In this document: positions 17,176-26,642 of the stretch, piece by piece | Layout: the number at the start of each line of letters is the position of its first letter | Numbering within the stretch: position 1 is the first letter of the stretch | Source: a virus | Taxonomy: Duplodnaviria > Caudoviricetes | IMG/VR virus record: IMGVR_UViG_3300020235_000102 | Location: 1-40,822 of that record | Length of the DNA stretch: 40,822 nt | Strand: one strand, 5' to 3' | Translations under genes and position numbers: made by a program | Notes under the pieces: model-generated | The model's database searches: none | What the model saw: the letters and a program-made list of their open reading frames with translations, nothing else | What the model was told of the DNA's origin: nothing

Positions 17176-17397
17176 ATGCAAACAAAAACAATGAGCATGA
17201 TTGAGATGTTCACCGGCAAAGTGGCAGGATATATAATATTTGTAGCGGCCCAAGTAGTAATACTACCGTTATACTATGATGTTCAAGTACCAATAACCGA
17301 TAATATGCAAATAGGGCTGATGTTCTCGGCTATAGCAACGTTTAAAAGCTACGGAGTCCGACGATTCTTTAATTGGTGGCAATGGGGAAGAACATGA
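17176..17397 (+). CDS. Small two-TM membrane protein
   Basis: GGAGG RBS; MQTKTMSMIE...SYGVRRFFN pattern with two hydrophobic segments. Confidence 0.75.
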   Translation: MQTKTMSMIEMFTGKVAGYIIFVAAQVVILPLYYDVQVPITDNMQIGLMFSAIATFKSYGVRRFFNWWQWGRT

Positions 17398-17900
17398 GCA
17401 GTAGGGGCGAAACAAAAATGTGGAAGTACCTTCGTCCTAAGTTGAAAGCTTATGGACATTTTACGAGGATAGAAAGCCATGAAACAGCTGTCGGAACTCC
17501 TGATGTCGACTATTGCATCAAAGGATATTGTAACCATCTTGAACTCAAATTTACAGAAAGTGAGAAGAGAGGATTTCGACTCCGCCCTTCGCAAGCTGGA
17601 TGGTTCAGACGGAGAGTTAAAGCTGGAGGTCAGCCTTGGCTCTTGGCACAAAGTTGTATTCGCGACAAGCGGGGATACGTGCTGGTTCCGGGTACGAACG
17701 TACCGGCGCTTGCCCGTTCAACTAAAGTTACCGATTGGTTAATGGCAGGGATAATGGTATGGGAAGACAAAGTAGACGTGGAAGAACTAGTAATGTTCTT
17801 AAGTACCTACCTAATAGTAGATTCACAAGAAGGTGGAAATGGGACCGGGGAACAAGGGTCCTCTGGATTGATATTGCCATCAGTAAAGCTAGTGACTTAG
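17394..17900 (+). CDS. PD-(D/E)XK nuclease (VRR-Nuc/resolvase-like)
   Basis: ETKMW...TRIES...GTPDV...LELK...LRPSQAGW...AGG; ATGA overlap. Confidence 0.85.
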   Translation: MSSRGETKMWKYLRPKLKAYGHFTRIESHETAVGTPDVDYCIKGYCNHLELKFTESEKRGFRLRPSQAGWFRRRVKAGGQPWLLAQSCIRDKRGYVLVPGTNVPALARSTKVTDWLMAGIMVWEDKVDVEELVMFLSTYLIVDSQEGGNGTGEQGSSGLILPSVKLVT

Positions 17901-18041
17901 AATGGGCACATGATATGATGATGGCTCAGGGGCCATGTATTGTTATGTTCCGAGTTCATCAGATCATATGGACTTATTACATAGGTGCGGCGACAAGTAA
18001 TATGTATAATAATATTACCATTGGCCAAGAAATGTATGACC

Positions 18042-18191
18042 TTATGAACGTCGCCTTTTCCGCCGCTTCTTCTTCGGCTTCTTGGAATGAGAAATGAACT
18101 TTTTAGCGGCTTTCTTGCTGATGCCTATCTTACCCTTCCCAGAGGCAGCGGCGTACATTGCCCGCCGCTGCTTGGCTGATTTAAATGGCAT
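18042..18191 (-). CDS. 49-aa highly basic peptide (MPFKSAKQRRAMYAAA...KKKRRKRRRS)
   Basis: Manual translation; TAATG-coupled to the holin stop. Confidence 0.7.
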   Translation of the reverse strand: MPFKSAKQRRAMYAAASGKGKIGISKKAAKKFISHSKKPKKKRRKRRRS

Positions 18192-18592
18192 TATTTCGCT
18201 TTCCCTTTAAGCTTCTCAACCGTACGCATCGTACCCAACAGTCCGAGCATACCAAGGGTGAGTTGCATGATCACCGTCGCTGGGAGTTCCGGTCCGGGTT
18301 TATCAGTAATCCACTGAATCCATGGATTGATGATCATCATGTTGAGTACCCCCATACCGCAAACCCAACCGATCCAAGGTCGCCAACCGGCAACAAAGAT
18401 TGACCTGTGCTGAGCCTCGATCTTGTTGATCTCGGTTTGGACCATGTGCGGCTGTTGGGCAATCCGCATTCGAATCTCTTCGTGGGTCAGTTTCTCATCT
18501 TTCGATGTGAAGAGGTTGTCGAGCACATTGCCTACAGCTGATATAGCAGGAATAGCGTCACCAACACCGAAAATTTTACTTAGAAAGCCCAT
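18191..18592 (-). CDS. Holin, 3-TM GTA-holin type
   Basis: LFTSKDEK...INKIEAQHRSIFVAGWRPWIGWVCG...GMLGLLGTMRTVEK. Confidence 0.88.
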   Translation of the reverse strand: MGFLSKIFGVGDAIPAISAVGNVLDNLFTSKDEKLTHEEIRMRIAQQPHMVQTEINKIEAQHRSIFVAGWRPWIGWVCGMGVLNMMIINPWIQWITDKPGPELPATVIMQLTLGMLGLLGTMRTVEKLKGKAK

Positions 18593-18693
18593 TAGTCAAA
18601 CAGAACTAGGGCCAAAATCGCCCACGATAGGATGTAATGAATCCCGCCCCGATATTTGGCCTCAAAGGCCTTAATTGCTAGTAAATACTCCAT
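18592..18693 (-). CDS. 33-aa membrane peptide (MEYLLAIKAFEAKYRGGIHYILSWAILALVLFD)
   Basis: TAATG overlaps on both sides; hydrophobic C-terminus. Confidence 0.6.
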   Translation of the reverse strand: MEYLLAIKAFEAKYRGGIHYILSWAILALVLFD

Positions 18694-19139
18694 TAGTCGT
18701 TATCCTCGATTGTGATCCAAATTTCCTCTAGGGCAAGTGCCCCAATAATGGCCTCATACAAGCGCGTATACGCTGCAACTGATGTGGTTACCATACCTCG
18801 TTCAGTAACATTTTGTATTTGACCATCCCCTACGAGAATGCAACCCTCTGAGTGGTCGTCATTATTGCCCGTATGAATGTACACATATTCGAACTCCGGT
18901 ACATCTTGAAGGTGTAGCATTCCCATATGGAAATCAAACCTTTTACCGTAACGTTTGGTCATTCCACCTACATTACGGAGTTTAATTTGATATCGACCCA
19001 CTGGGATTCGAGTTTCCCCCGGGATTTTAGGTTCATTAAATTGATCTTCCAATGAATAGCAGAAGAATTTACCGTTTACACGGAGCAGACCAAGAGAAGA
19101 TTCATCCCCGCCAGAAAATCGAGTGACCTTAATTTCCAT
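18693..19139 (-). CDS. DUF5675-family protein, putative endolysin
   Basis: FCYSLED...KIPGETRIPVGRY...DVPEFEYVYIHTGNNDDHSEGCILVG; adjacent to the holin. Confidence 0.85.
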   Translation of the reverse strand: MEIKVTRFSGGDESSLGLLRVNGKFFCYSLEDQFNEPKIPGETRIPVGRYQIKLRNVGGMTKRYGKRFDFHMGMLHLQDVPEFEYVYIHTGNNDDHSEGCILVGDGQIQNVTERGMVTTSVAAYTRLYEAIIGALALEEIWITIEDND

Positions 19140-19423
19140 TACCGGCTAGCTTCATTGATCAGGTACTCTGTAAAGATTGTCTCAAACCGTTCTTGTGACT
19201 CAAGTGCTGTTTCTATGTTGGTCTCGATGTTTCCGATACTACCCTTGATCACCTCTATGTCGATGATCATTTGGGAGGTATCGGGTATCACAAGTTCTGA
19301 GACCTGAGCTTTAACCTCGTTAGCGATCCAGAACTGCGCCGCCATTCCGAGGACAGCAAGTACGAATCCACCCCCAAGGAAGCTTAACACTCCTATTGCT
19401 ATTGATCTACTCTTCGGAGTCAT
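19139..19423 (-). CDS. Single-TM coiled-coil membrane protein
   Basis: ATG 19423 with GAGG RBS; IAIGVLSFLGGGFVLAVLGMAA TM segment. Confidence 0.7.
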   Translation of the reverse strand: MTPKSRSIAIGVLSFLGGGFVLAVLGMAAQFWIANEVKAQVSELVIPDTSQMIIDIEVIKGSIGNIETNIETALESQERFETIFTEYLINEASR

Positions 19424-19985
19424 TTTCAAGCCTCTGTATAGTTTGCTGTGCATAATCGCGTCGTTGCTGTGCTGCTCTTGCAGCGGCTCGATTACCTGCT
19501 TCAATTCTGGCGAGACGTTTTTCAAATTCCTGTGCCCTTTCCTCGTCGTCGTTGTCCTCAACCATGACAATTACTGGTTCAAAAATTGGGTTATTTGTCT
19601 CTTTTGGTGCGGAGAACGTAAGTATTTCCACGCAACGATCGCCATATAGCTTTGAAGTGGGCTTATGGAAACATCGCATTTGTGCCGCTTCGACGTATTT
19701 ACCCTGCTCGTCCAATATCCCGGCAATACACCAAGGATCGTATTCCCAATTTTGACGCTGCCAGATAATGATACCGTACTGTTCAGTGACAACACACTGA
19801 GCAGCCCTGCCTAAATCAACATCACCCAACGATTGAGCAAGTGCCAATGATGTGTTTTTACTTACCTGATCGCCACTTATCAATTCAACAATTGTGTCAG
19901 AATCATTACAAGAATGACCACGGCAATCATCATCATCACCATTAGCAAATGCCAGTACTGGTAACAATAAGAGTAAATATCTCAT
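19407..19985 (-). CDS. Secreted Cys-containing protein
   Basis: Signal peptide MRYLLLLLPVLAFA, six Cys and a helical C-terminus. Confidence 0.7.
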   Translation of the reverse strand: MRYLLLLLPVLAFANGDDDDCRGHSCNDSDTIVELISGDQVSKNTSLALAQSLGDVDLGRAAQCVVTEQYGIIIWQRQNWEYDPWCIAGILDEQGKYVEAAQMRCFHKPTSKLYGDRCVEILTFSAPKETNNPIFEPVIVMVEDNDDEERAQEFEKRLARIEAGNRAAARAAQQRRDYAQQTIQRLENDSEE

Positions 19986-19986
19986 G

Positions 19987-20490
19987 TCAGCTCAGTTCTA
20001 CCGTCAGGTCAAGAAGAGCTTCAACTTGATCCTCATGGGTGATTAAGGTACGAACTCGGAATATGGCTTCGGTTTCTGTCAACCCTTGGGTGTTCCGGAA
20101 AAGCATCCATCTTCTTCTTTCAAGTACATCGCCACCTAAGTCAGTCCAAACACCAACTGGTGCGGCCTCAACAAAAAAAGGCTCGTCAGTCGATACAAGT
20201 TGTACTTCATAACCAAACCCAATGTTAGGAGTGAGTCCCGGCTCGTACCACTCGTCACTGGGCGAAAAGACTGGATCGGTGTGGCTTGGAATAACTTGTA
20301 ATGTTCCATCTCGCTTTAAGAGAATCTGTATGTTGGCAGAGAATCCGGCTTGGAAAACACGTCGGGATTCATACGTCCCATCCGTCATTTTAAGAAAATC
20401 GTCTTCATTAGGAAACCCACCCCCCGCTCCTGCAGCAAGACCTGCACCACCAGCGCTAGGAATACCGGGTGCTTGGTGAATGATACTCAT
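19987..20490 (-). CDS. Putative virion or tail-associated protein
   Basis: Coupled to the tail fibre gene; beta-rich composition. Confidence 0.6.
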   Translation of the reverse strand: MSIIHQAPGIPSAGGAGLAAGAGGGFPNEDDFLKMTDGTYESRRVFQAGFSANIQILLKRDGTLQVIPSHTDPVFSPSDEWYEPGLTPNIGFGYEVQLVSTDEPFFVEAAPVGVWTDLGGDVLERRRWMLFRNTQGLTETEAIFRVRTLITHEDQVEALLDLTVELS

Positions 20491-21359
20491 GCTACAATGT
20501 TACTAGTGCCCCACCACCAAAATTCGGTAGTGCTGCGCTTCCAAAGTGAACCAAGGAATCCTGTTTCTAAGACCCAAGATTCCGTCGCTGCCTTCGTTGT
20601 CCGAGTTCCATCCGCTGCTATGTGGATCGCGGTAACACCGGTACCCACTAATAGGGTAAGATCACCGGCACCCTCGTTGGACAACCCGTAAAGTGCACCC
20701 GTGTCAACATCCGCATCTTGATCGATTGTCCACGTTTCAGTGTCGGCATCCTCATTAAGGATCAGCGCGCCGTTACCTAGGTCGTCGAAGGCATAGGCCC
20801 CGTCTTCCAACTTCGGGAACATTACATTATAGCCTACCTGACGTTTGACCCCGCCAGTCACCGCGTTGTTGACGAACAGCTTGCCTACCAAATTCTCGAG
20901 AGTTACATCATCATCGCCGAGGGCTGATAAAGGGGCTACTTCATATTCTTTAGTGGTGTCATTCCACCGTAGCAACTGACCTTCAATCGTGCCAGCTGGC
21001 AACCCTTGGGATATGGCATTTACAGTGCCCAAAAGGTCTTGGATCATCATTACTATCTTATCCAAGCCGAACTCGTGCGATTCTGAATCAAATGGATCGT
21101 AACGGGTGTAGTCCAACTCTTGACTCTGCGGAGTGGCTCGTATAATCGTAAGTTCCTGATCAAGTGGCGGAGCCACTAAATAAGTAGCCGTTCCACCCGG
21201 GCTGGCATCCTGATCTACGTTCAACGCAAAGGTGTCAAAATCGTCAGTGAAATCAACACTGAGCCACGCAATGTCATCAACCCTAAAATCGAAGTTGAAC
21301 ACGGTTTGTGCCCCGTCACCTACATAGGTTACGGAGTTAACGGTAGCTTGGACGGTCAT
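20487..21359 (-). CDS. Tail fibre/adaptor with T7 gp17-like N-terminal domain
   Basis: MTVQAT...YVGDGAQTVFNFDF...LTIIRATP...HEFGLDKIVMMIQDL. Confidence 0.85.
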   Translation of the reverse strand: MTVQATVNSVTYVGDGAQTVFNFDFRVDDIAWLSVDFTDDFDTFALNVDQDASPGGTATYLVAPPLDQELTIIRATPQSQELDYTRYDPFDSESHEFGLDKIVMMIQDLLGTVNAISQGLPAGTIEGQLLRWNDTTKEYEVAPLSALGDDDVTLENLVGKLFVNNAVTGGVKRQVGYNVMFPKLEDGAYAFDDLGNGALILNEDADTETWTIDQDADVDTGALYGLSNEGAGDLTLLVGTGVTAIHIAADGTRTTKAATESWVLETGFLGSLWKRSTTEFWWWGTSNIVA

Positions 21360-21386
21360 AATCTAATCCTTGGAAACAATCAATTG

Positions 21387-24300
21387 TCATGGGGCACCAG
21401 CAGGTTTAAAAAATTGTGGACCTTTAACTGGCTTCTTAATTATGTACTGCCTTTCTTCATCTGTTATTTCATACCCTTCTTCTCGGATCGCGAATTGTAG
21501 GTCAATATATTCATCAACGCTGACCGCATGTTGAATGATGTACGGTTGCTTCACACCCTCTGGTCCAATACGGTAGTACTCGCTGTTGTCCTCGCTGTGT
21601 TCAATCAGGAAGTCCAGCATATCCAACCTACCAAATTGGCTGCCCATGCTTATAACTTCACGTAATGCCCTATCGCCCTCTGAACCGGGGCCAATATTAC
21701 CTTCCTCAACCCATTCATCCCAGATTCTTAGTTCCATTAACGCTTTAACAGCACGATTGCGCATTTCACCTACTCGCCGCTCATATTCATCATACACGTA
21801 CCCTTGGCCATTATCCATCCACCATAGATCAATACCATCTTTTAATCCCCCGGGCCAATCAATAGACGCATTTGGCTTGCTGATTGGGATACGGGCATAA
21901 GCTATAGCCATACTAGCTGGGTCAGAATCCTCTGGGTCCCTGATGTTAAATGGGACTATTGCGCGCCAGAAAGCACTACCATAACTATCCTTTGGTTCGC
22001 CTCTCCAATCACGACGGGGGGCCAACTCTGAGGAGTGCCATGGTGAAGCATTCTTCATTTGCTTCACCACTTGGAGCATTAAATTCGGCGCAGCAGTAGT
22101 ACGTTGTGTCACATCGGCAGGTTTACGAAAGTCACGGAGTAAATTGGGTACGAGTACCGAGTTAATCATACTGGCTGCAGTTGCTTGAAATCGACCCTGC
22201 TCTTTAGAAGAGATTGCGGTCAATACATCGGTCGCAGAGGACAAATAGGATTCGTCAAGAATCATATCAGCGGTGTATAATAGACCTGCACCGATCCACT
22301 CACCGAAAGGTTTATTTTGCTGCTGGGTCATGGCATAGTAGTCAAATACTGACGCTATAGTGGCCAACGATTGACCACCCGGGGCTGCGCGCTCTATTGA
22401 AACCCACTTGCCGTGAATTTTGACGGAGTTAGGTTGCCATCCTGCGGCTATCCATACTTGGCGCTCTTCCCAGTTACCCGGGCCAGTACCAGTGATCAAA
22501 CCTTCCTCGTGAAGATGTTGTACCGTTAACCACAAACCAGCCGCTATCGTGAGTTTGGCTATAGCCTCTTGACTCTCCCGTTGGGTGCCGTTTATTATGG
22601 CTTGATACGTCTTATTGGGGGTCATAAACTGCTGAACACCGATCGTTTCCATTGAATACTGTAGCAAATTCGCTGGAGTGCGCACAAATGGGATGATCAT
22701 GTTGACCGTAAGGCTCTGGTTCTGCATACTTGCTACACCATCGGCTATGACGGTAAATAAACCTCCATACACGCTGGGGTCATTGGTGTAGGTTTGTTTG
22801 GCGGCGTAAGCCTTAGCTTCACGTTCGGCTGCAGCACCAAGTTCATCGAAATTTTCAAGGTAATGGGCGTACCGTTTCTTATAGTCCTTCTGTAAATGAA
22901 CTTCATCATACCTAGCCCTAATGCTAGCTATTTCATGCATCTTGGATATATAATACTGATTCTTAAAGAAAGCATCGCCAGCCTCAAGTACCCGGACCGG
23001 AGTAGTGCCTATCTTACCAAGCGCAGTTTTAGGTACATTTATGATATTGTACCTAAGACCAAGCTCGTTCCAAATCTTGCCCTCACCAATATCCCGACCC
23101 ATGGCAATTTCCTTGGCCAAGAATAAACTGTCCATAAAAGCAGCCCGATGGCCCTGCAACTCAGCATAGTATTGGTGTCGGGTCATTCTGTCGGCAGGAT
23201 CAGGCTTGTACTTAGGGTTAATTACTGATAGCGCTAAATCCCGGGCATAGGCGAGATTGTTGATACCCATACGTACCGGGGATACCGCCAAGTGCATGTA
23301 TAAACCCGAAATTGTATTGCCCATGAGGTTGAAAGCGTGTGTACGCCAACTTGACAACATCTGGTTGTACCTAATATGCAACAGGGCCGAAGCGTATTTG
23401 TTCCCCCAAATGTTCTTGCTGAGCTTACTGATCATCGGTACTATGCCCGCGTTAAGATCACCCCGAGTAACTTTTGGAGAGGCAAATTCAGCCATTATCT
23501 TAATAGCTCGTTCGGTATTAGCACGACCACCCTGCATGGCTATTGAGTCCATCATAGCCTGACCAAAGTCGTAGACTCCCTCGGTGGGTTTCGACCGGAG
23601 GGTATTCAATTGACGGGCAGCGTTACCGGATACTCCGTAAAAGAGGTCCCGGGTAGCCACAAACACCGCATGGGCATTATTAAAATACGCCATATCACTG
23701 TCAGAAAGTCTACCCTCATGATCGATCTTATTGGCGAGGAACTTGGATATTTCCGCCATACCACGACCCTGTTTATTGTAGGTATCTCTAAGAAACCTCA
23801 AATCTGCCGGGGTCCAATAAGAGGCAATCGGCTTCTGGGTAATATCAATCCCAAGTTTTTCCATTTCCTCAACTTGTGCCTTCTGCTCCGCATGGGTCAT
23901 TTTAACCGGTCTTAATTTAAGTTCACCCGACAATACTTGCTCGTTCATGACCATCATACGAGCAGCAGTATCACTGAATGGGTTCAATTCCATTGGACCA
24001 GCTTTTTCCGGAATCGGGGCCTTATCAATTACTTCGAACTGCTTACGACGCATGCTGAGTTCATCACCGGTTAATTTATTCCTTAACCGATACCAACCAT
24101 TCTTGGTACGACCTATCACTTCATACTGTACATTAAGATCGTCTATAACAGTACTGCCTTTTTGACCCGGCCTTTTTAATACGACATCGCCCTTTTGCAG
24201 TTCCTCTACTTCCATAACCTTCCGTACCAGCGCCATCGTTTCTGCGTCAGTCACATCTGGAAGAAATATATCTCGTTCATTCCATGCATCTTGAAATATT

Positions 24301-26642
24301 CGAGCTTCTTCATCACTGGCAAACTTGTAAATTATTTCACCCTCTTCGCCAAGGATATCGTGAATTTCGATGTCTAATTCATTGGCCAAACTCTCCACAT
24401 CAGCTTGATATGTGGGGTCTTCAATATCATCTACAAATCGAACCTCATTGCCTGCCTGTTTATCCCATGCCTCTTTAAACATTCGGGCTTCTTTAACATT
24501 GGCAAACTGATAAACTATTTCATCAATATCTAAAAGCTCATCCTTTGGCGTCCATGGTTTCTTGGGGTGAATGATATTAGATAATTCAGGTACATCTAAT
24601 TTACCATCATAAATTCTCGAAAGAAATAATATTAATTCATCAGGTGTACCCTCAATTTTTAAGGAAAACCCATCAACTCGTGATTCAGCTTTTACTTTGA
24701 GACCCAAGCCCTCCGCCACATCCTGAAGAGGGCCATAATGCTGAAAAGTACCAACTACTTCTAATTCATTGCCTACATAGTTAAGATGCATAGCCTGTTC
24801 TTCAGCATTAATAACATCGATAACTGTTTGAAATCCTTCCTCACCACCAATAACGCCCTTATCGCCTGTTATATCGTGAATTTCAATATCAAGTTCATTG
24901 GCCAAACTCTCTACTTCAGCTTGATATCTAGGGTCTTCAATATCATCTATAAACCGAACCTCATTACCCGCCTGTTTCCCGGCTTGCCGGGAGGTAACTA
25001 TGCTGCCTCTAAATGGAGTCGCTCTCCTTATGACAGGTTTACCCGGCCTCATACCAGTGGCCTTATGAACAAAGTCAGCCTTGCTATTGGGAGACCCACC
25101 AGCTATAGTGAATATTCGTAATCCTTCCTTACCACTAATAGAGTAATCAATCCCTAGTGCATCGGCAAGTGATTCGAGCCGCTTGTAATTGCCATCCTGT
25201 TGGAAGAACGTTACATTTCCATTGCTCTCTAAAACCCACCTGTTGTCCTTGAAGGATATTTGCTCCATGTAAACGCCAAGCTGCTCCACACTCTCAACTG
25301 TATCGAGCCGGGGTTCCTTGGCAATTGCATGTGCAGCGGACACTTCGTCCATAATCCTGTATATTTTCTTATAATCGACGCTACCATCTTCCAGCCGGGG
25401 TACAGTACCAGTCTCGGCAAGAATAGCCTTGGCCTGTGCCTTACCCTCTGGGCCGGTGAAATGGCCCAGTATTTCGCCTAATTCCTCTATGCCTATTTCT
25501 TCCATGGCTCTTTCGTCAAGGAAAACGTCCCGGGCTTTCATCATGGCTTTATCTTCATCCATCGCCTTGACAAATTTATCGATCTTACGACCAGCCCAAG
25601 CACCGCCGGCAGCGCCCAGTATTGTACCTAAGCCAACGCCCATGGAAGTAGCTATTCCGACCCGACCATAATCAATTTCCTCTCTGGCTCCGACTTCTTG
25701 CTCAATCTTCTGCTTAGTAAGATCGAACCCGCCAGCCAACGTGCCACCTTCAATGGCACCGGCTGTGGCACCAACAAGAGCACCCTGTATGGCCTTCTTA
25801 AGTCCAGTCTTAGCTAAGGCTTTAGCTGCACCTTTGGCTACAATGGAGCCTGCCCCGAGTCCGATATAAGTAGTGGGGTCAGTGGCAATCTCACCTAGCG
25901 CTCCAGCAAAGTCCATTTTCGACCCACTGGAGTGGTCGTACATATTCATCATGTTCAAGAAGGCTAGGGCCAATTCTGGATCGTCAGCGGTCATAATCCT
26001 CTTGGCCATGGCTACGGTATTCACCACGTTCCAATTAAATCCAGACATGATATTACGCGCCCACTTCCCGATTTCATAATCATTCAGTGGTCTGAATTCT
26101 TGATACAATGTCTTGGCCTGCCAAGCTTCCATTTGACGGTCTTGCAGACTCCTAGGGGGATTCATGTAATCATACAAGATACGGGCTTCTTTGATGAAGT
26201 CCGCAGATTGGGTCATCTGATACGTCGAAGGTGGCTCATAGTTAACCGCATCGGCTTCCGGTGGGGGTGCCCACATACCCTCCACAAGTTTCAGATCGGT
26301 CGGGTCGTCGTCCCCGCCTTTCGATGGCTCTCCGGCCTCACCGGGACCACCACCGTCCTCATCGGGACCGGGGGTCGGTACCTCGGTACGGAGTATATCC
26401 TCCTCGCCGCCCGTGGCCACGGAGAGCGTCCCCAAGCTCGCGGACTCTTCTTTCTCCTGACCTTCCATGAAGAGATTATACACATCATTATCGGGCATTT
26501 CGGTGTTAGGCATTGACTCCCGCCACAGATCAAATTGCTCCGCAAGACCAGCAGTTTCCAGTCTCTCGCGCCTAATAGTCTCCGCCGCTGCTTTTATCGC
26601 AATCGTTGCAGCTGATTGTACTTCTTCTGCTTCACTACCCAT
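21387..26642 (-). CDS. Large internal virion (DNA ejection) protein, 1751 aa
   Basis: Size, position after the tail tube genes, a Gly/Ala hydrophobic block after DPTTYIG, and the IIPFVRTPAN motif. Confidence 0.8.
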   Translation of the reverse strand: MGSEAEEVQSAATIAIKAAAETIRRERLETAGLAEQFDLWRESMPNTEMPDNDVYNLFMEGQEKEESASLGTLSVATGGEEDILRTEVPTPGPDEDGGGPGEAGEPSKGGDDDPTDLKLVEGMWAPPPEADAVNYEPPSTYQMTQSADFIKEARILYDYMNPPRSLQDRQMEAWQAKTLYQEFRPLNDYEIGKWARNIMSGFNWNVVNTVAMAKRIMTADDPELALAFLNMMNMYDHSSGSKMDFAGALGEIATDPTTYIGLGAGSIVAKGAAKALAKTGLKKAIQGALVGATAGAIEGGTLAGGFDLTKQKIEQEVGAREEIDYGRVGIATSMGVGLGTILGAAGGAWAGRKIDKFVKAMDEDKAMMKARDVFLDERAMEEIGIEELGEILGHFTGPEGKAQAKAILAETGTVPRLEDGSVDYKKIYRIMDEVSAAHAIAKEPRLDTVESVEQLGVYMEQISFKDNRWVLESNGNVTFFQQDGNYKRLESLADALGIDYSISGKEGLRIFTIAGGSPNSKADFVHKATGMRPGKPVIRRATPFRGSIVTSRQAGKQAGNEVRFIDDIEDPRYQAEVESLANELDIEIHDITGDKGVIGGEEGFQTVIDVINAEEQAMHLNYVGNELEVVGTFQHYGPLQDVAEGLGLKVKAESRVDGFSLKIEGTPDELILFLSRIYDGKLDVPELSNIIHPKKPWTPKDELLDIDEIVYQFANVKEARMFKEAWDKQAGNEVRFVDDIEDPTYQADVESLANELDIEIHDILGEEGEIIYKFASDEEARIFQDAWNERDIFLPDVTDAETMALVRKVMEVEELQKGDVVLKRPGQKGSTVIDDLNVQYEVIGRTKNGWYRLRNKLTGDELSMRRKQFEVIDKAPIPEKAGPMELNPFSDTAARMMVMNEQVLSGELKLRPVKMTHAEQKAQVEEMEKLGIDITQKPIASYWTPADLRFLRDTYNKQGRGMAEISKFLANKIDHEGRLSDSDMAYFNNAHAVFVATRDLFYGVSGNAARQLNTLRSKPTEGVYDFGQAMMDSIAMQGGRANTERAIKIMAEFASPKVTRGDLNAGIVPMISKLSKNIWGNKYASALLHIRYNQMLSSWRTHAFNLMGNTISGLYMHLAVSPVRMGINNLAYARDLALSVINPKYKPDPADRMTRHQYYAELQGHRAAFMDSLFLAKEIAMGRDIGEGKIWNELGLRYNIINVPKTALGKIGTTPVRVLEAGDAFFKNQYYISKMHEIASIRARYDEVHLQKDYKKRYAHYLENFDELGAAAEREAKAYAAKQTYTNDPSVYGGLFTVIADGVASMQNQSLTVNMIIPFVRTPANLLQYSMETIGVQQFMTPNKTYQAIINGTQRESQEAIAKLTIAAGLWLTVQHLHEEGLITGTGPGNWEERQVWIAAGWQPNSVKIHGKWVSIERAAPGGQSLATIASVFDYYAMTQQQNKPFGEWIGAGLLYTADMILDESYLSSATDVLTAISSKEQGRFQATAASMINSVLVPNLLRDFRKPADVTQRTTAAPNLMLQVVKQMKNASPWHSSELAPRRDWRGEPKDSYGSAFWRAIVPFNIRDPEDSDPASMAIAYARIPISKPNASIDWPGGLKDGIDLWWMDNGQGYVYDEYERRVGEMRNRAVKALMELRIWDEWVEEGNIGPGSEGDRALREVISMGSQFGRLDMLDFLIEHSEDNSEYYRIGPEGVKQPYIIQHAVSVDEYIDLQFAIREEGYEITDEERQYIIKKPVKGPQFFKPAGAP

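Noticed and set aside
17735-18097. 120-aa ORF at the strand convergence point
   Set aside because: It overlaps the nuclease and the antisense basic peptide and has no clear RBS. A shorter gene here cannot be excluded.
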